From positions 1 to 64,000 of the forward strand of contig JBHJGN010000009.1 of the NCBI GenBank assembly GCA_050331735.1: DNA of 64,000 nt, read 5' to 3'. Numbering within the stretch: the stretch's first letter is position 1; each line of letters starts with the position of its first letter. The stretch comes from Cyanophyceae cyanobacterium (GTDB lineage: Bacteria; Cyanobacteriota; Cyanobacteriia; Cyanobacteriales; JBHJGN01). The notes beneath the pieces were generated by a model, which was not told where the DNA came from, did not search any database, and saw only the letters and a list, made by a program, of their open reading frames with translations. Shown here in pieces: positions 20,847 through 31,306 of this stretch. The position numbers were made by a program, and so were the translations under genes.

Positions 20847-21222
20847 GACCGAGCTCCTGAAAATAGCGCACAATATTAATCTCAAACTTAGCCAGAGCCG
20901 AACGGGTCAGTCGTTCTCGTTCGTCTAGGTCTTGAAACTGCGATATTACCGTTTGCTGAAGCAATTCTAAGCGATCACTTTGCACAGCGCTGCGGGTGGA
21001 AACGAGCACTTCCTGAGCGCATTTGACTAAAATTCCTTCATCGACCGCCAAAAAGGCTTCTTGTCCTGACGCTTCAAAAATCAGAATTCCCGGCACTAAC
21101 GCCGCTACAAAGTCGATGTGATGGGGCAGTAGGCAAAAGTGACCGTTTTCCGCCTCAGCAATCACTTTATCAACTTCCTGCTCGATCAGGACTTCGTTGG
21201 GAAGCATTACTTTGAGTTTCAT
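20839..21222 (-). CDS. atpC: N-ATPase epsilon subunit (alternative start 21252)
   Basis: GHFCLLPHHIDFV and AVDEGILVK motifs. Confidence 0.9.
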   Translation of the reverse strand: MKLKVMLPNEVLIEQEVDKVIAEAENGHFCLLPHHIDFVAALVPGILIFEASGQEAFLAVDEGILVKCAQEVLVSTRSAVQSDRLELLQQTVISQFQDLDERERLTRSALAKFEINIVRYFQELGHG

Positions 21223-21285
21223 GAGTGAGCTGCTAACGTTCTGCAAATTCATTCAAGGCTTTCCTTCCCGTTGCTAAGAAAGCTC

Positions 21286-22668
<1,383 letters not shown>

Positions 22669-22696
22669 TTAGAAGCAAATCTTAGCAAACTGCTGG

Positions 22697-22849
22697 TTAA
22701 AATTCTGAGGAATGTTGGTCATCGTAAGGATCGCCGCTAAACGGCTGTACGCCGGAGTTTGGGTAGTCATTATCGCTAGAGCTGAATAGCCTAATAATAC
22801 CTTCCCAAACAGATTGCATTGCTTGTTCGAGTCTTTTAAAAACAATCAT
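22697..22849 (-). CDS. atpT: Unannotated 50-aa AtpTheta (Norf1)-like small protein
   Basis: AAGGAGG RBS; MIVFKRLEQAMQSVWEGIIRLFSSSDNDYPNSGVQPFSGDPYDDQHSSEF has an amphipathic helix plus F..D.YP..GVQPF.GD, as I recall for AtpTheta. Below the length cutoff of the ORF track. Confidence 0.7.
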   Translation of the reverse strand: MIVFKRLEQAMQSVWEGIIRLFSSSDNDYPNSGVQPFSGDPYDDQHSSEF

Positions 22850-22878
22850 CTTTGTCCCTCCTTACTGTAAATTGATGT

Positions 22879-23202
22879 TTAATTCTTGCCTAGCTTAGGA
22901 ATATTAACGGTCAGTACCCCATTGATAAGTTCTGCCCGTGCTTGCTCAGGTTGAACGGGAACCTTCACGGGAACCTGGCACTGAAGACGACCGTAATGAA
23001 ATTCTGAAGGAACAATCTCTTGCTCGATACTTTCTGCTGGAGGATGAACTCCCGTAATTGTCACGGATTCGGAAGTGACGTGAACGTTTAAATCTTTGCG
23101 CTCTACTCCTGGCACTTCTGCCTTGAGAATGAGGGCTGTGTCAGTCTCGCTAAATTCGATGGCCGGACACCAGGTTGGCTCTTTGTTGATAATTACCGTC
23201 AT
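22879..23202 (-). CDS. Hsp20/alpha-crystallin family protein (short)
   Basis: W.PAIE..ET, AEVPG, SEFHYG and NGVLTVNIPK motifs. Confidence 0.88.
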   Translation of the reverse strand: MTVIINKEPTWCPAIEFSETDTALILKAEVPGVERKDLNVHVTSESVTITGVHPPAESIEQEIVPSEFHYGRLQCQVPVKVPVQPEQARAELINGVLTVNIPKLGKN

Positions 23203-23269
23203 CGGAGTTGCTTACCTCGATCTTGATGGACTCGCTAAGCAGCGATTAACTTCACTTAGCTTTACTTTT

Positions 23270-23302
23270 AGAGTAGGAAAATATTTTGAGGAACTTGTGA
23301 GG
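23270..23302 (-). promoter_or_regulatory. Direct-repeat box A plus -10 (hsp20-atpT-N-ATPase)
   Basis: CCTCACAAGTTCCTCA-N11-TACTCT, with an extra partial repeat (CAAGTT) upstream. Confidence 0.85.
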
Positions 23303-23341
23303 AACTTGCTGGCAGATGAGGAGACGGTTCGTTGTCTAGAG

Positions 23342-24091
23342 TTACTCAGGGGCGCTGGTGGAACGAAAGCGTTTTTGAGCCATCAGTTCCTCTACATACC
23401 GATACCATGCTGCTATTCCCTCCCCGGTTCGTGCCGATACTTCAAACAGAGTTGCTTGGGGCGACATTGTTTGCAGATGAGAAACCGCCAGTTCCCGCTC
23501 GCACCCAACTGCTTCAGCGATATCAATTTTGTTGAGAATGGCTACCTGGGCCGTTTTAAAAGCTGTTGGATATTTGAGCGGTTTGTCTTCTCCCTCGGTG
23601 ACCGAGAGCAGCACTACGCGCCGCTCTTCTCCTAAATCGTAAGCCGCTGGACACACTAAATTACCAACATTTTCGATGATTAATAAATCGAGGTCGTCGA
23701 GGTGAAGTTTGAGCAGGGCTTGGTTCACCATCTCTGCGTCTAAGTGACAAATGTTGCCTGTTGTTACCTGGACCGCAGATGCCCCTAGTTTTTGCAGACG
23801 CTGGGCATCGTTCTCAGTGGCGAGATCGCCAATAATGGCTCCGATCCGCCACTGACTGCCACAGTCGGTTAGCATTCGTTCGATCAGGGCTGTCTTCCCT
23901 GAACCAGGAGAGGATAAGAAATTGAGAACCGTTAAGCGTTTGGTTTGGAACAGCCGGCGATTCTGTTGGGCAATTTTGTCGTTTTTGGCCAGGATGTCTT
24001 GGTGAACGTCAAGGTGATACTGAACGGGGCGAGCTTGTTTCCCCCGCAGAGCGACGCGCTCAGTAAGGCCACAGCCGCAATCTTGGCACAT
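23342..24091 (-). CDS. hypB: Hydrogenase nickel incorporation GTPase HypB
   Basis: CQDCGC, SPGSGKT, CHLDA, ENVGNLVCP and NKID motifs. Confidence 0.95.
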   Translation of the reverse strand: MCQDCGCGLTERVALRGKQARPVQYHLDVHQDILAKNDKIAQQNRRLFQTKRLTVLNFLSSPGSGKTALIERMLTDCGSQWRIGAIIGDLATENDAQRLQKLGASAVQVTTGNICHLDAEMVNQALLKLHLDDLDLLIIENVGNLVCPAAYDLGEERRVVLLSVTEGEDKPLKYPTAFKTAQVAILNKIDIAEAVGCERELAVSHLQTMSPQATLFEVSARTGEGIAAWYRYVEELMAQKRFRSTSAPE

Positions 24092-24092
24092 C

Positions 24093-24434
24093 TCAAGATA
24101 CCTCCAGCGAAGCTAGCTCTAATTCTCTGCCCTGGAGAATTTGAGTGCTAATGTGGTGGCACTGGGGGCAGGCATGACACCAACCAAAAGGGTGAAACGT
24201 CAGGCAGCAGTGAGGACAATAGCAGGTTACCGGAATGATTTCCAGCTCTAGCTTAGCTCCCTGGGCGATAGTTTCTCTGACAACGACATCGAAGGCAAAT
24301 TTCAGGGCTTCCGGGACGACTCCCGATAGTTCCCCCACGTTAATTTTCAGGCTATGAATCTGCGTTGCCCCCTGATTTTTAGCTTCGGTGAGGGCAATAG
24401 CTAAGGCGTTTTTCATGAGGCTGACTTCATGCAT
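24093..24434 (-). CDS. hypA: Hydrogenase maturation nickel chaperone HypA
   Basis: MHE start, two CxxC, GREL. Confidence 0.95.
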   Translation of the reverse strand: MHEVSLMKNALAIALTEAKNQGATQIHSLKINVGELSGVVPEALKFAFDVVVRETIAQGAKLELEIIPVTCYCPHCCLTFHPFGWCHACPQCHHISTQILQGRELELASLEVS

Positions 24435-24439
24435 CGATT

Positions 24440-24937
24440 TTAAGCACTCGGTTTGGTGGCTGCTAAATTTTGGGTCGGCTGCTCCCTGCCTTGGATGAGG
24501 TAGACAATCTGCTTAAGAGCTTGGGCCATGCCTCGTCTCGCTGTGGGAGAGAGGCGATCGCCTAGCTCAAAATTTGTACCAGGGATTAGTACCCACCAGG
24601 CGGTTGGACAGCGATTATACGCGGTACAGGTGAGGGCTAGTAGCGCCCAAGGGTTACTGGCATGACTGCTCATCATTTTTGAGGAGGAAAAAGAGAGACG
24701 AAAAACCTGAAGGTTTTCGCGAGGCAAAGCGGGGTAGGCATCGACAAAAATGACCTGTTGAGCCGCCGCGATCTCGGCTGCCAATTCTGGCGTAAGCTGA
24801 CGGACAGGAAGCGAGCGCACATCGGGTAAACTCCACTCGTCGAGAACCTGCGCTACCCGTACGCCAACGCCATCGTCGCTGCGTAAATTGTTGCCGTAGC
24901 CGATTACCAGAATTGGAGATGGAGGGGGGTTGGTCAC
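24440..24937 (-). CDS. hoxW: Hydrogenase maturation protease
   Basis: VIGYGNNLRSDDGVG, QLTPEL and IFVDA motifs; within the hox cluster. Confidence 0.85.
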   Translation of the reverse strand: MTNPPPSPILVIGYGNNLRSDDGVGVRVAQVLDEWSLPDVRSLPVRQLTPELAAEIAAAQQVIFVDAYPALPRENLQVFRLSFSSSKMMSSHASNPWALLALTCTAYNRCPTAWWVLIPGTNFELGDRLSPTARRGMAQALKQIVYLIQGREQPTQNLAATKPSA

Positions 24938-24941
24938 GTTA

Positions 24942-25069
24942 TCCCAATTAGAAGAAGGAATGAAAGACTTGATGAGTTGGAGAACAGGAAAGCACAGCGA
25001 GTCTTCTCCTTGGAACCTCCAGCTCTTGGTTGGGCTGGAGAACTATCTGACTACTTTCGATCAATGGCG
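24942..25069 (+). mobile_element. MITE copy 2, degenerate (TTA target duplication)
   Basis: TCCCAATTAG...AATGGCG ends, TTA on both flanks, internal similarity to copies 1 and 4. Confidence 0.75.
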
Positions 25070-25135
25070 TTAGCTACTGGTCGGAAGCTCGTTGCCGGGA
25101 TTACTCTTAAGTTTCTTCTCTAGCGTCACCTCCTT

Positions 25136-25168
25136 AAACTACCAAGAAAGTTTGAGGAAGTTGTGAAG
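25136..25168 (-). promoter_or_regulatory. Direct-repeat box B plus -10 (hoxW-hypAB)
   Basis: CTTCACAACTTCCTCA-N11-TAGTTT. Confidence 0.8.
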
Positions 25169-25185
25169 CCGGCGACGCTAGTGTT

Positions 25186-26724
25186 TTAGGAGGAAAAGCG
25201 TCCTCCGTCTCGTACTTGCTCAAGAAAATTGGATTCAGTCCATGCCTCTGCGGTGTTGACAGTCACGACATAGGGCTGTTCTGCTTCTGTAAAAGATTCG
25301 GCGGCTGCCTGTTGAGCGGCTAACAAATCCGCCGTGGCATCGGAAATATCTTGGCGGTGGTGAAGGCGATTTCTGAGAACCTCTACAGGGGCGGTGCAGT
25401 AAAGAATTTGGAGCGGAAAGGATTGCGCTTGAGCGAGAGCGATCGCTTTTTGCCGCCAAACGCAGCGGTCAAACTTAGCATCTAAAATTACCGGATATCC
25501 TGCACCAGCAAGCATGTTTCCTAGTTCGAGCAAGCGAGTATAGGTTCTGTCGTTCATTGGCGGGGTATAGAGTTCACTGCCACCCCGTTGATGCACGGGG
25601 ATTCCCGCTAGATGTTTGCGAACCGCATCTGAACGAATCTGAATAGCTCCCGTACGCCGAGCTAGCCATTGAGCGACAGTGGATTTACCCGAACCAGACA
25701 AACCGGACATCAAGATAATTTTGCCCCGATTCATCTTTGTATAAGACCAGGCCAAACGATAATAGTCAGCAGCGGTTTGAGTCACTTGTTGTGCCTCCTC
25801 TTCGTCTAAGAGAAAAGAATTGACCTTTGCCCTGACGTAGGCTTGACGACAGAGATAGAACGGAAGTACCTGTAGTCCTTCCCAATCTCCCGTTTCTTCG
25901 AGGTAGGAGTTTAAAAACGCATTGCCGAGATTGTGTCCGTGGCGAGCCTCCAAATCCATAACGGTAAAAGCCACATCGTACATCACATCGACAAAGCGAA
26001 AGGCTTCGTTAAATTCAATGCGGTCAAATAGCTGGATTTTGTTCTGCCAAAAGCAAATATTTTTGAGATGCAGGTCGCCGTGACACTCTTTGATCTTGTC
26101 GGTTGCTCGGCGCTTTTGAAATAGCTCCTTCTGAGTCAGAAAAGTATCGGTAAACTGCTTGGTTTCTTGATACTGCTCGTCTGTTTGAACAATGCCGATG
26201 TATTTTTGAGTCTGTTGATAGTTTTCTTCGATTGACTCTCGAATTTTACTCACTTTCCCAAAGCGACGGATATAGTCGTTCGTTTGAGCTTGAGCATGAA
26301 AGTTGGCGACGATTTTGCCTAAATCATTCAGATGAGCTTCCGTCAGCTTTCCCTGCTCAAACATATTGAGGAATAAGTTTTCTTGGGGAAACTGGCGCAT
26401 TTTAAGAACGTACTCTACTGCTTCTCCCGTTCCTCCTAAAACAAACTGCTCTCCCTGTTTGGCAATGGGTAAAACCTCTAAATAAAGAGCGGCTGCCACC
26501 TTCTGGTTTATCTGGAGCTCCTGCTCGCAGAAATGCTTTCGCTGAGCCAGTGTGGAATAGTTCAGAAAACCAAAGTCAACAGGCTTCTTAAGCTTATAGG
26601 CGTAGGCTCCTGTCAAGAAAACGATGGAGGCGTGGGTTTGAATGACCTCAATCTTCTCAACGGAATGGGGGTAAAAATGAGGACGGTGCATCTGCTCAAC
26701 TAAAGCAGAGAGATGTTCAGCCAT
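25186..26724 (-). CDS. Aminoglycoside-phosphotransferase-like / AAA_33 kinase fusion (Rv2004c-like)
   Basis: QTHAS, YKLKKPV, ECHGDLHL.NI, D.IEFN; second domain has GLSGSGKST and RSDAVRK. Confidence 0.85.
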   Translation of the reverse strand: MAEHLSALVEQMHRPHFYPHSVEKIEVIQTHASIVFLTGAYAYKLKKPVDFGFLNYSTLAQRKHFCEQELQINQKVAAALYLEVLPIAKQGEQFVLGGTGEAVEYVLKMRQFPQENLFLNMFEQGKLTEAHLNDLGKIVANFHAQAQTNDYIRRFGKVSKIRESIEENYQQTQKYIGIVQTDEQYQETKQFTDTFLTQKELFQKRRATDKIKECHGDLHLKNICFWQNKIQLFDRIEFNEAFRFVDVMYDVAFTVMDLEARHGHNLGNAFLNSYLEETGDWEGLQVLPFYLCRQAYVRAKVNSFLLDEEEAQQVTQTAADYYRLAWSYTKMNRGKIILMSGLSGSGKSTVAQWLARRTGAIQIRSDAVRKHLAGIPVHQRGGSELYTPPMNDRTYTRLLELGNMLAGAGYPVILDAKFDRCVWRQKAIALAQAQSFPLQILYCTAPVEVLRNRLHHRQDISDATADLLAAQQAAAESFTEAEQPYVVTVNTAEAWTESNFLEQVRDGGRFSS

Positions 26725-26742
26725 AGTTCTTCGGGGTAATCG

Positions 26743-28194
26743 TTAATCTCGCCAGACTTCATGAACTACTTCTCCCGCTGCATCGACGAGCTGAATATGC
26801 AGCGGCATTTGACCGGCGGCGTGAGTTGAACAACTCAGGCACGGATCGAAAGCGCGAATGCCTGCTTCAACTCGGTTCAGCATCCCTTCAGGAATTTGGG
26901 GACCGCGCACGAAGTGTCGAGCAATCTGGGCGACAGTGCGATTCATGGCTAAATTGTTTTGACCGGTGGCAATAATTAAATTTACCTTCTGCATCAAGCC
27001 GTTGTCATCGACCTGATAGTGATGAAAGAGAGTTCCTCTGGGAGCTTCGCTCACGCCGACTCCTTCTCGTTGATTAATGCCCGCATCAGCCCGTAAGCGT
27101 CTAGACAGTAACTCTGGATCGTCTAGCATTAGTTCAACCCGCTCAATGGCTCCCAATATTTCGATCAAACGAGCATAGTGATAGAAAAAGGAAGCATTAA
27201 TCGTGCCGTTCCCGCGGTCTCTGAACTCTCTAAGTTCCCGATCTGCTAGCGGCATCCCAATCCGGCTACAGATATTAAGGCGAGCCAGCGGACCCACCCG
27301 ATAGATGCCGCTATCGAGTTGACAGCGATCGCCGGCTGAGGCATAGCCGAGGGGTCGGTAGTAGGGAAACTTGAGATAGGACCAGGGTTCAACCGCCTCC
27401 GCAATATAGTCCTGGTAACGAGTAGGATCTAGGCGATCGGCAATAATGTTGCCACCGCTATCGACAAACCGAATTGTCCCGTCGTAGTGTTCCCACTCGC
27501 CATCCTTGCCGACCAATCCCATAAATAGGCTGGGAAAATTCCCCAAGGTTTGCGTTTCTTTTTCGTAGTTTCTCAGTAAGCCCTTAAAACGCTCCAAAGC
27601 TTTCAGTGTCGTCTGTTTCACTTCGGGTGTCCAGCTTAACAGGTGAGTGCGTCCTCCTTCGGTCAGCGGTTCCCGGACTCCCCCCGGTACTGCCCAAGCG
27701 GGATGAATCTTGCGACCTCCTAGCTGTTCAATGACTTCCTGTCCGAACTGCCGCAGGCGAATGCCGCTGCGAGCTAGTTCTGGCTCGGCAGCCATCAAGC
27801 CAAATACGTTACGGGAGGCCGGGTCGCTATCCATGCCCAGCAGCAAATCTGGAGCGCTGAGATGGAAAAAGCTGAGGGCATGGGACTGGATAATTTGCCC
27901 TAAATTCATCAGGCGGCGCAGTTTTTGAGCAGCCGGGGGAATGGTAACAGAAAGAAGGCGATCGCCGGCTTTTGCCGAGGCGAGGAGATGACTTACCGGA
28001 CAAATCCCGCAGATGCGGGCCGTGATTCCCGGCATTTCCCACAGAGGACGACCCTCGCAGAACTTTTCAAATCCCCGAAATTCTGTCACGTGGAAGCGGG
28101 CGTCTTCTACCTGTCCGCTATCGTCGAGGTAGATGGTAATCTTGGCATGACCTTCAATCCGCGTCACCGGATCGATAATAATTTTCTGAGCCAT
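26743..28194 (-). CDS. hoxH: Bidirectional NiFe hydrogenase large subunit
   Basis: TRIEGH, RICGIC and DPCLSCSTH plus a C-terminal extension; ATG 28194 follows GAAGGA. Confidence 0.95.
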   Translation of the reverse strand: MAQKIIIDPVTRIEGHAKITIYLDDSGQVEDARFHVTEFRGFEKFCEGRPLWEMPGITARICGICPVSHLLASAKAGDRLLSVTIPPAAQKLRRLMNLGQIIQSHALSFFHLSAPDLLLGMDSDPASRNVFGLMAAEPELARSGIRLRQFGQEVIEQLGGRKIHPAWAVPGGVREPLTEGGRTHLLSWTPEVKQTTLKALERFKGLLRNYEKETQTLGNFPSLFMGLVGKDGEWEHYDGTIRFVDSGGNIIADRLDPTRYQDYIAEAVEPWSYLKFPYYRPLGYASAGDRCQLDSGIYRVGPLARLNICSRIGMPLADRELREFRDRGNGTINASFFYHYARLIEILGAIERVELMLDDPELLSRRLRADAGINQREGVGVSEAPRGTLFHHYQVDDNGLMQKVNLIIATGQNNLAMNRTVAQIARHFVRGPQIPEGMLNRVEAGIRAFDPCLSCSTHAAGQMPLHIQLVDAAGEVVHEVWRD

Positions 28195-28340
28195 ACAGCT
28201 TAGTCCTTCGTTGTTGGTAGCGATAAGAACACGCTCGATTAGTCGAGACGGTTTTCCCCTCACGACTGACTCTTAGTTCAACCCAATGTCGTCGCTGTGG
28301 CTGTTGAGATAGATTTGAGCGTGAATAGCCCAGAGGAACC

Positions 28341-28600
28341 CTATACAGGTAGGTCAGCATACCAGGGGTCATCGCGCTCCATCGCTTTTGCCTCTGGATA
28401 CTCTTGACAGTATTCCTCAAAGCTCGTTTTTCCTAAGTTTTCTGCTCTGCGGTCACGATTCCGTAGCTATCGTTCTCGTTCAGGCGCTCGACGATCAGAG
28501 AACTTAAGCCCAACTCCCGCATCAGTTTCACCGCTTCAGCAACGGAGGCAAAGCTGCGAATGGCGATCGCTTTTTTTGACATGATATCTGCTGCTTTCAT
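28341..28600 (-). pseudogene. CBS-CP12 gene remnant (internal deletion/frameshift)
   Basis: First CBS half MKAADIM...YGIVT ends at a stop (28433). Another frame gives the CP12-like tail RAENLGKTSFEEYCQEYPEAK..., stop at 28341. Confidence 0.7.
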
Positions 28601-28625
28601 CGTGATTTCTCCAACGTTGTTATTT

Positions 28626-29120
28626 CTATCCACTACACCAAGCGTCATACACATCAGTCGGCAGTACTTCTAATGGGCTCTCTTCCCGCTCCAATTCTTC
28701 TAACTGCTTGAGCAGAGAATGGGCATTTTTAAACTGGAGTTGTGCTCTAAAATTGTCCAGAGCGAGAAGATCGGTAACGGAAATGATGCCGAGGAGCTTA
28801 TCTCTAACAACTGGTGCTCGGCAAATACCAGCCCTAGTAAACAAACCAGCGATATACTCCACTGCCAGACCGGGATTGACGACAATGCAGGGCTTAGTCA
28901 TCACTGCGCCGACCTTCACTTGCTGAGGATTCGCTCCAATGGCCACGACTTTTTGAATAATGTCCGTTTCGCTAACAATGCCATAAGCATCAGCTTCATT
29001 GATACGATTAACAATTAAAGCCCGTACTCCTGAACGCTTCATCAACTGAGAAGCTTCGGCAACGGTGGCCGCTCCATCGATTGTTACAACTTCTCTAGTC
29101 ATAATGTCTGATGCTTTCAT
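28626..29120 (-). CDS. CBS-pair protein (CBS-CP12 family-like, reduced tail)
   Basis: MKASDIMT, YGIVSETDI, MTKPCIVVNP and LLGIISVTD; acidic tail ending YDAWCSG. Confidence 0.85.
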   Translation of the reverse strand: MKASDIMTREVVTIDGAATVAEASQLMKRSGVRALIVNRINEADAYGIVSETDIIQKVVAIGANPQQVKVGAVMTKPCIVVNPGLAVEYIAGLFTRAGICRAPVVRDKLLGIISVTDLLALDNFRAQLQFKNAHSLLKQLEELEREESPLEVLPTDVYDAWCSG

Positions 29121-29244
29121 GTCTTTCTCCTTCGCTTCTTCAGTAGCGATGAGACTGGTACTGGAGGGAGCGCATTTTTGAATAGTTGCTCCGGTTCAGC
29201 CAGGAATTTAACTATCTATCAGAAGCAGATCGACTACTATGCTT

Positions 29245-29277
29245 AGAGTAAACAAACAACTTGAGGAACTTGTGAGG
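29245..29277 (-). promoter_or_regulatory. Direct-repeat box C plus -10 (CBS-hoxH unit)
   Basis: CCTCACAAGTTCCTCA-N11-TACTCT. Confidence 0.85.
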
Positions 29278-29422
29278 TGGTCCGGGCTTAGTGAGGGAAA
29301 AGATGCGCCTAATAAAAATGCTCTGCTCGAGTTCCGTCGTGTCTACATTCGCGCCTAGCACCGCTTCAGGAAGAGCTGCGGAAACTAGAGCTCCTTGGCT
29401 TGGCCCTACATTTCGCAGGTTA

Positions 29423-29571
29423 TACCAATTAGAAAGAGTCATGAGAGACTTGAGCCGTTGGGGAAAAGGGGAAAGGGTCAGGGGGAAAGGTAAACACAGC
29501 CAGCCTTTCCCTTTTAAGAGCCAACTCTTTGTTAGTGAGGAGAACTATCTCACTCCTTTCGGTCAATGGTA
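29423..29571 (+). mobile_element. MITE copy 3 (149 bp, TTA target duplication)
   Basis: TACCAATT...AATGGTA with TTA flanks; near-identical to copy 5 in inverted orientation. Confidence 0.88.
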
Positions 29572-29639
29572 TTAGTTCAATTGTTAAAACGTCGTAATCA
29601 TATTTCATGTCGCCATCTCTCGGTCGGTTGTTAGCGCTT

Positions 29640-30335
29640 CTAGGTAACAGCCATCACTCTTCCACAGCGCTCATTCGCGGGAACTGCTTCCATCATCTTT
29701 TTCGGATCGGGTAGGTTGAGGTTGTTCATAAACTCGATAAACTCAGCGCGGTTTCGTCCGACAAAGCGAGGATTCCATTGCTTCTCTTCTCTAATTGTCG
29801 AAACTGTCTGACCTCGGTAGTCGTGTGCGGGATAGACGAGAGTATTGTCTGGCAAAGTAAATAAGCGCTGATGCACCGAATCATAGAGCGTTCCGGCATC
29901 ACCACTTTGAAAATCTGTCCGTCCACACCCCCGAATGAATAGGGCATCTCCGGTTAACACTCGTCCATTTACTCGGTAAGCCATGTGACTGTCGGTATGT
30001 CCTGGAGTGGCGATCGCCCCAATCTCAATCTCTCCCAGTTGCAGAGTTTCTCCGTCTTGAATGTAGCGATCAGCGCAGCTTGCCTGGGCTCCTGCTGGCA
30101 CAATCCCCAAACAGCCCGTTTGTTGGCGGAGTTGTGCCGTTCCCGTAACGTGATCGGCATGGATATGAGTTTCTAGACAGTAACGCAGGGTTAAGCTCAG
30201 TTCTTGAAGTAGCTTTAAGTCTCTTTCTACTTGTTCGAGAACTGGATCGACAAGCATTGCTTCCTGCTGTTTTAGGTCAGCAAGCAAATAAGTATAGGTA
30301 CTCGATTCGCGGTCGAAGAGTTGACGAAAAAGCAT
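29640..30335 (-). CDS. ETHE1-like persulfide dioxygenase (MBL fold)
   Basis: MLFRQLFD, THIHADH, TPGHT, GCGRTDFQ and PAHDY motifs. Confidence 0.88.
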   Translation of the reverse strand: MLFRQLFDRESSTYTYLLADLKQQEAMLVDPVLEQVERDLKLLQELSLTLRYCLETHIHADHVTGTAQLRQQTGCLGIVPAGAQASCADRYIQDGETLQLGEIEIGAIATPGHTDSHMAYRVNGRVLTGDALFIRGCGRTDFQSGDAGTLYDSVHQRLFTLPDNTLVYPAHDYRGQTVSTIREEKQWNPRFVGRNRAEFIEFMNNLNLPDPKKMMEAVPANERCGRVMAVT

Positions 30336-30381
30336 GACGTATCCTCCAATTGCTAAATGATTTCGAGCTAGCCTTACTTTC

Positions 30382-30414
30382 AAGGTAAAAAAAGTGTTTG
30401 AGGAACTTGTGAAG
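30382..30414 (-). promoter_or_regulatory. Direct-repeat box D plus -10 (dioxygenase)
   Basis: CTTCACAAGTTCCTCA-N11-TACCTT. Confidence 0.85.
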
Positions 30415-30430
30415 GCTAGCTCAATCGTTC

Positions 30431-30460
30431 TATATTATTGGATAGCTACATAGTAATATA
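30431..30460. promoter_or_regulatory. Candidate ArsR operator (inverted repeat)
   Basis: TATATTA-N16-TAATATA between the divergent dioxygenase and arsR genes. Confidence 0.35.
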
Positions 30461-30471
30461 ATAATTAAAAA

Positions 30472-30816
30472 GTGACAGAAATTTCCTCCGCAGTCCTATC
30501 TCAGGTTGCTGAATACTTCAAAGTCTTATCTGAAGTCAGTCGGCTTCAAATCCTCTGTAGCCTTAAGCCAGGAGATAAAAATGTGACAGAAATTATCGAG
30601 ACGACCGGACTCGGACAAGCAAACGTTTCCAGGCACTTAAAGACCTTAACCCAGATGGGGATTGTGTCGCGCCACCCCCAAGGGGTCAATGTTTTCTACC
30701 GAATCGCCGATCCGACAATTTTTGAGCTGTGTAATTTGGTCTGTGAGCGACTCGCAATGCAATGCCAACACGACGCTGAGCAGCTCAAACAGCTTGATGT
30801 GCTTAAACGTTTATAA
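30472..30816 (+). CDS. ArsR/SmtB family transcriptional regulator
   Basis: FKVLSE.SRLQIL and QANVSRHL HTH; ELCNLVC cysteines. Confidence 0.9.
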   Translation: MTEISSAVLSQVAEYFKVLSEVSRLQILCSLKPGDKNVTEIIETTGLGQANVSRHLKTLTQMGIVSRHPQGVNVFYRIADPTIFELCNLVCERLAMQCQHDAEQLKQLDVLKRL

Positions 30817-30902
30817 AGCTACGCGAGAGCAGGCGGTTCTTCTAGTCGTGGTCGAGGGAACGGTCTAATGATCGACTAGTTGAACTGCCATCCCAAAAGC
30901 AA

Positions 30903-31262
30903 CTATTCTTTTTTTTCAATCACCAGGGTTAGATGCGCCACGAGCGCCCCAATCGCCCCCAGAGCGGCTATCAGGGGAAACATCACTGCACCGACCGCAC
31001 CACCAACGACTCCAATAGTCAACGGAATTTCAAGGAGGATGTGCCCTTCTTCATTTTTAAGAATAATGCGACGGACATTTCCTCGGTGAATCAGCTCTTT
31101 TACCTTGGCAACGAGGGCATCGCCACTGACTTTAAATTCCTCGACGCTCACTTGAGAGGGACGCTCGACTTCAGATTCTACAGTTGATTCAATGTCTTCC
31201 GCTTTTGTCACTTCTGTTTGATGATCGGGTTTCAATGATTCATTCATCGGTTGATTCTCCAT
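30903..31262 (-). CDS. DUF4342 domain protein
   Basis: EEFKVSG..LVAKVKELIH.GNVRRIILK and EIPLT.G motifs. Confidence 0.8.
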   Translation of the reverse strand: MENQPMNESLKPDHQTEVTKAEDIESTVESEVERPSQVSVEEFKVSGDALVAKVKELIHRGNVRRIILKNEEGHILLEIPLTIGVVGGAVGAVMFPLIAALGAIGALVAHLTLVIEKKE

Positions 31263-31306
31263 GAGTTAATTCAAGATCCAAAAAAGAAAAGCTCTGTTAA
31301 TTCTCG

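Noticed and set aside
22706..22712. TTCCTCA half-site upstream of atpD
   Set aside because: Single half-site inside the atpT-like coding sequence, with no -10 at the 11-bp spacing.
28413..28419. TTCCTCA half-site near hoxH
   Set aside because: Explained by the FEE codons of the CP12-like tail; no second repeat.
29291..29575. ORFs 29291-29575 and 35054-35236 with similar peptides
   Set aside because: The similarity comes from translating the MITE; no RBS or protein-family features.
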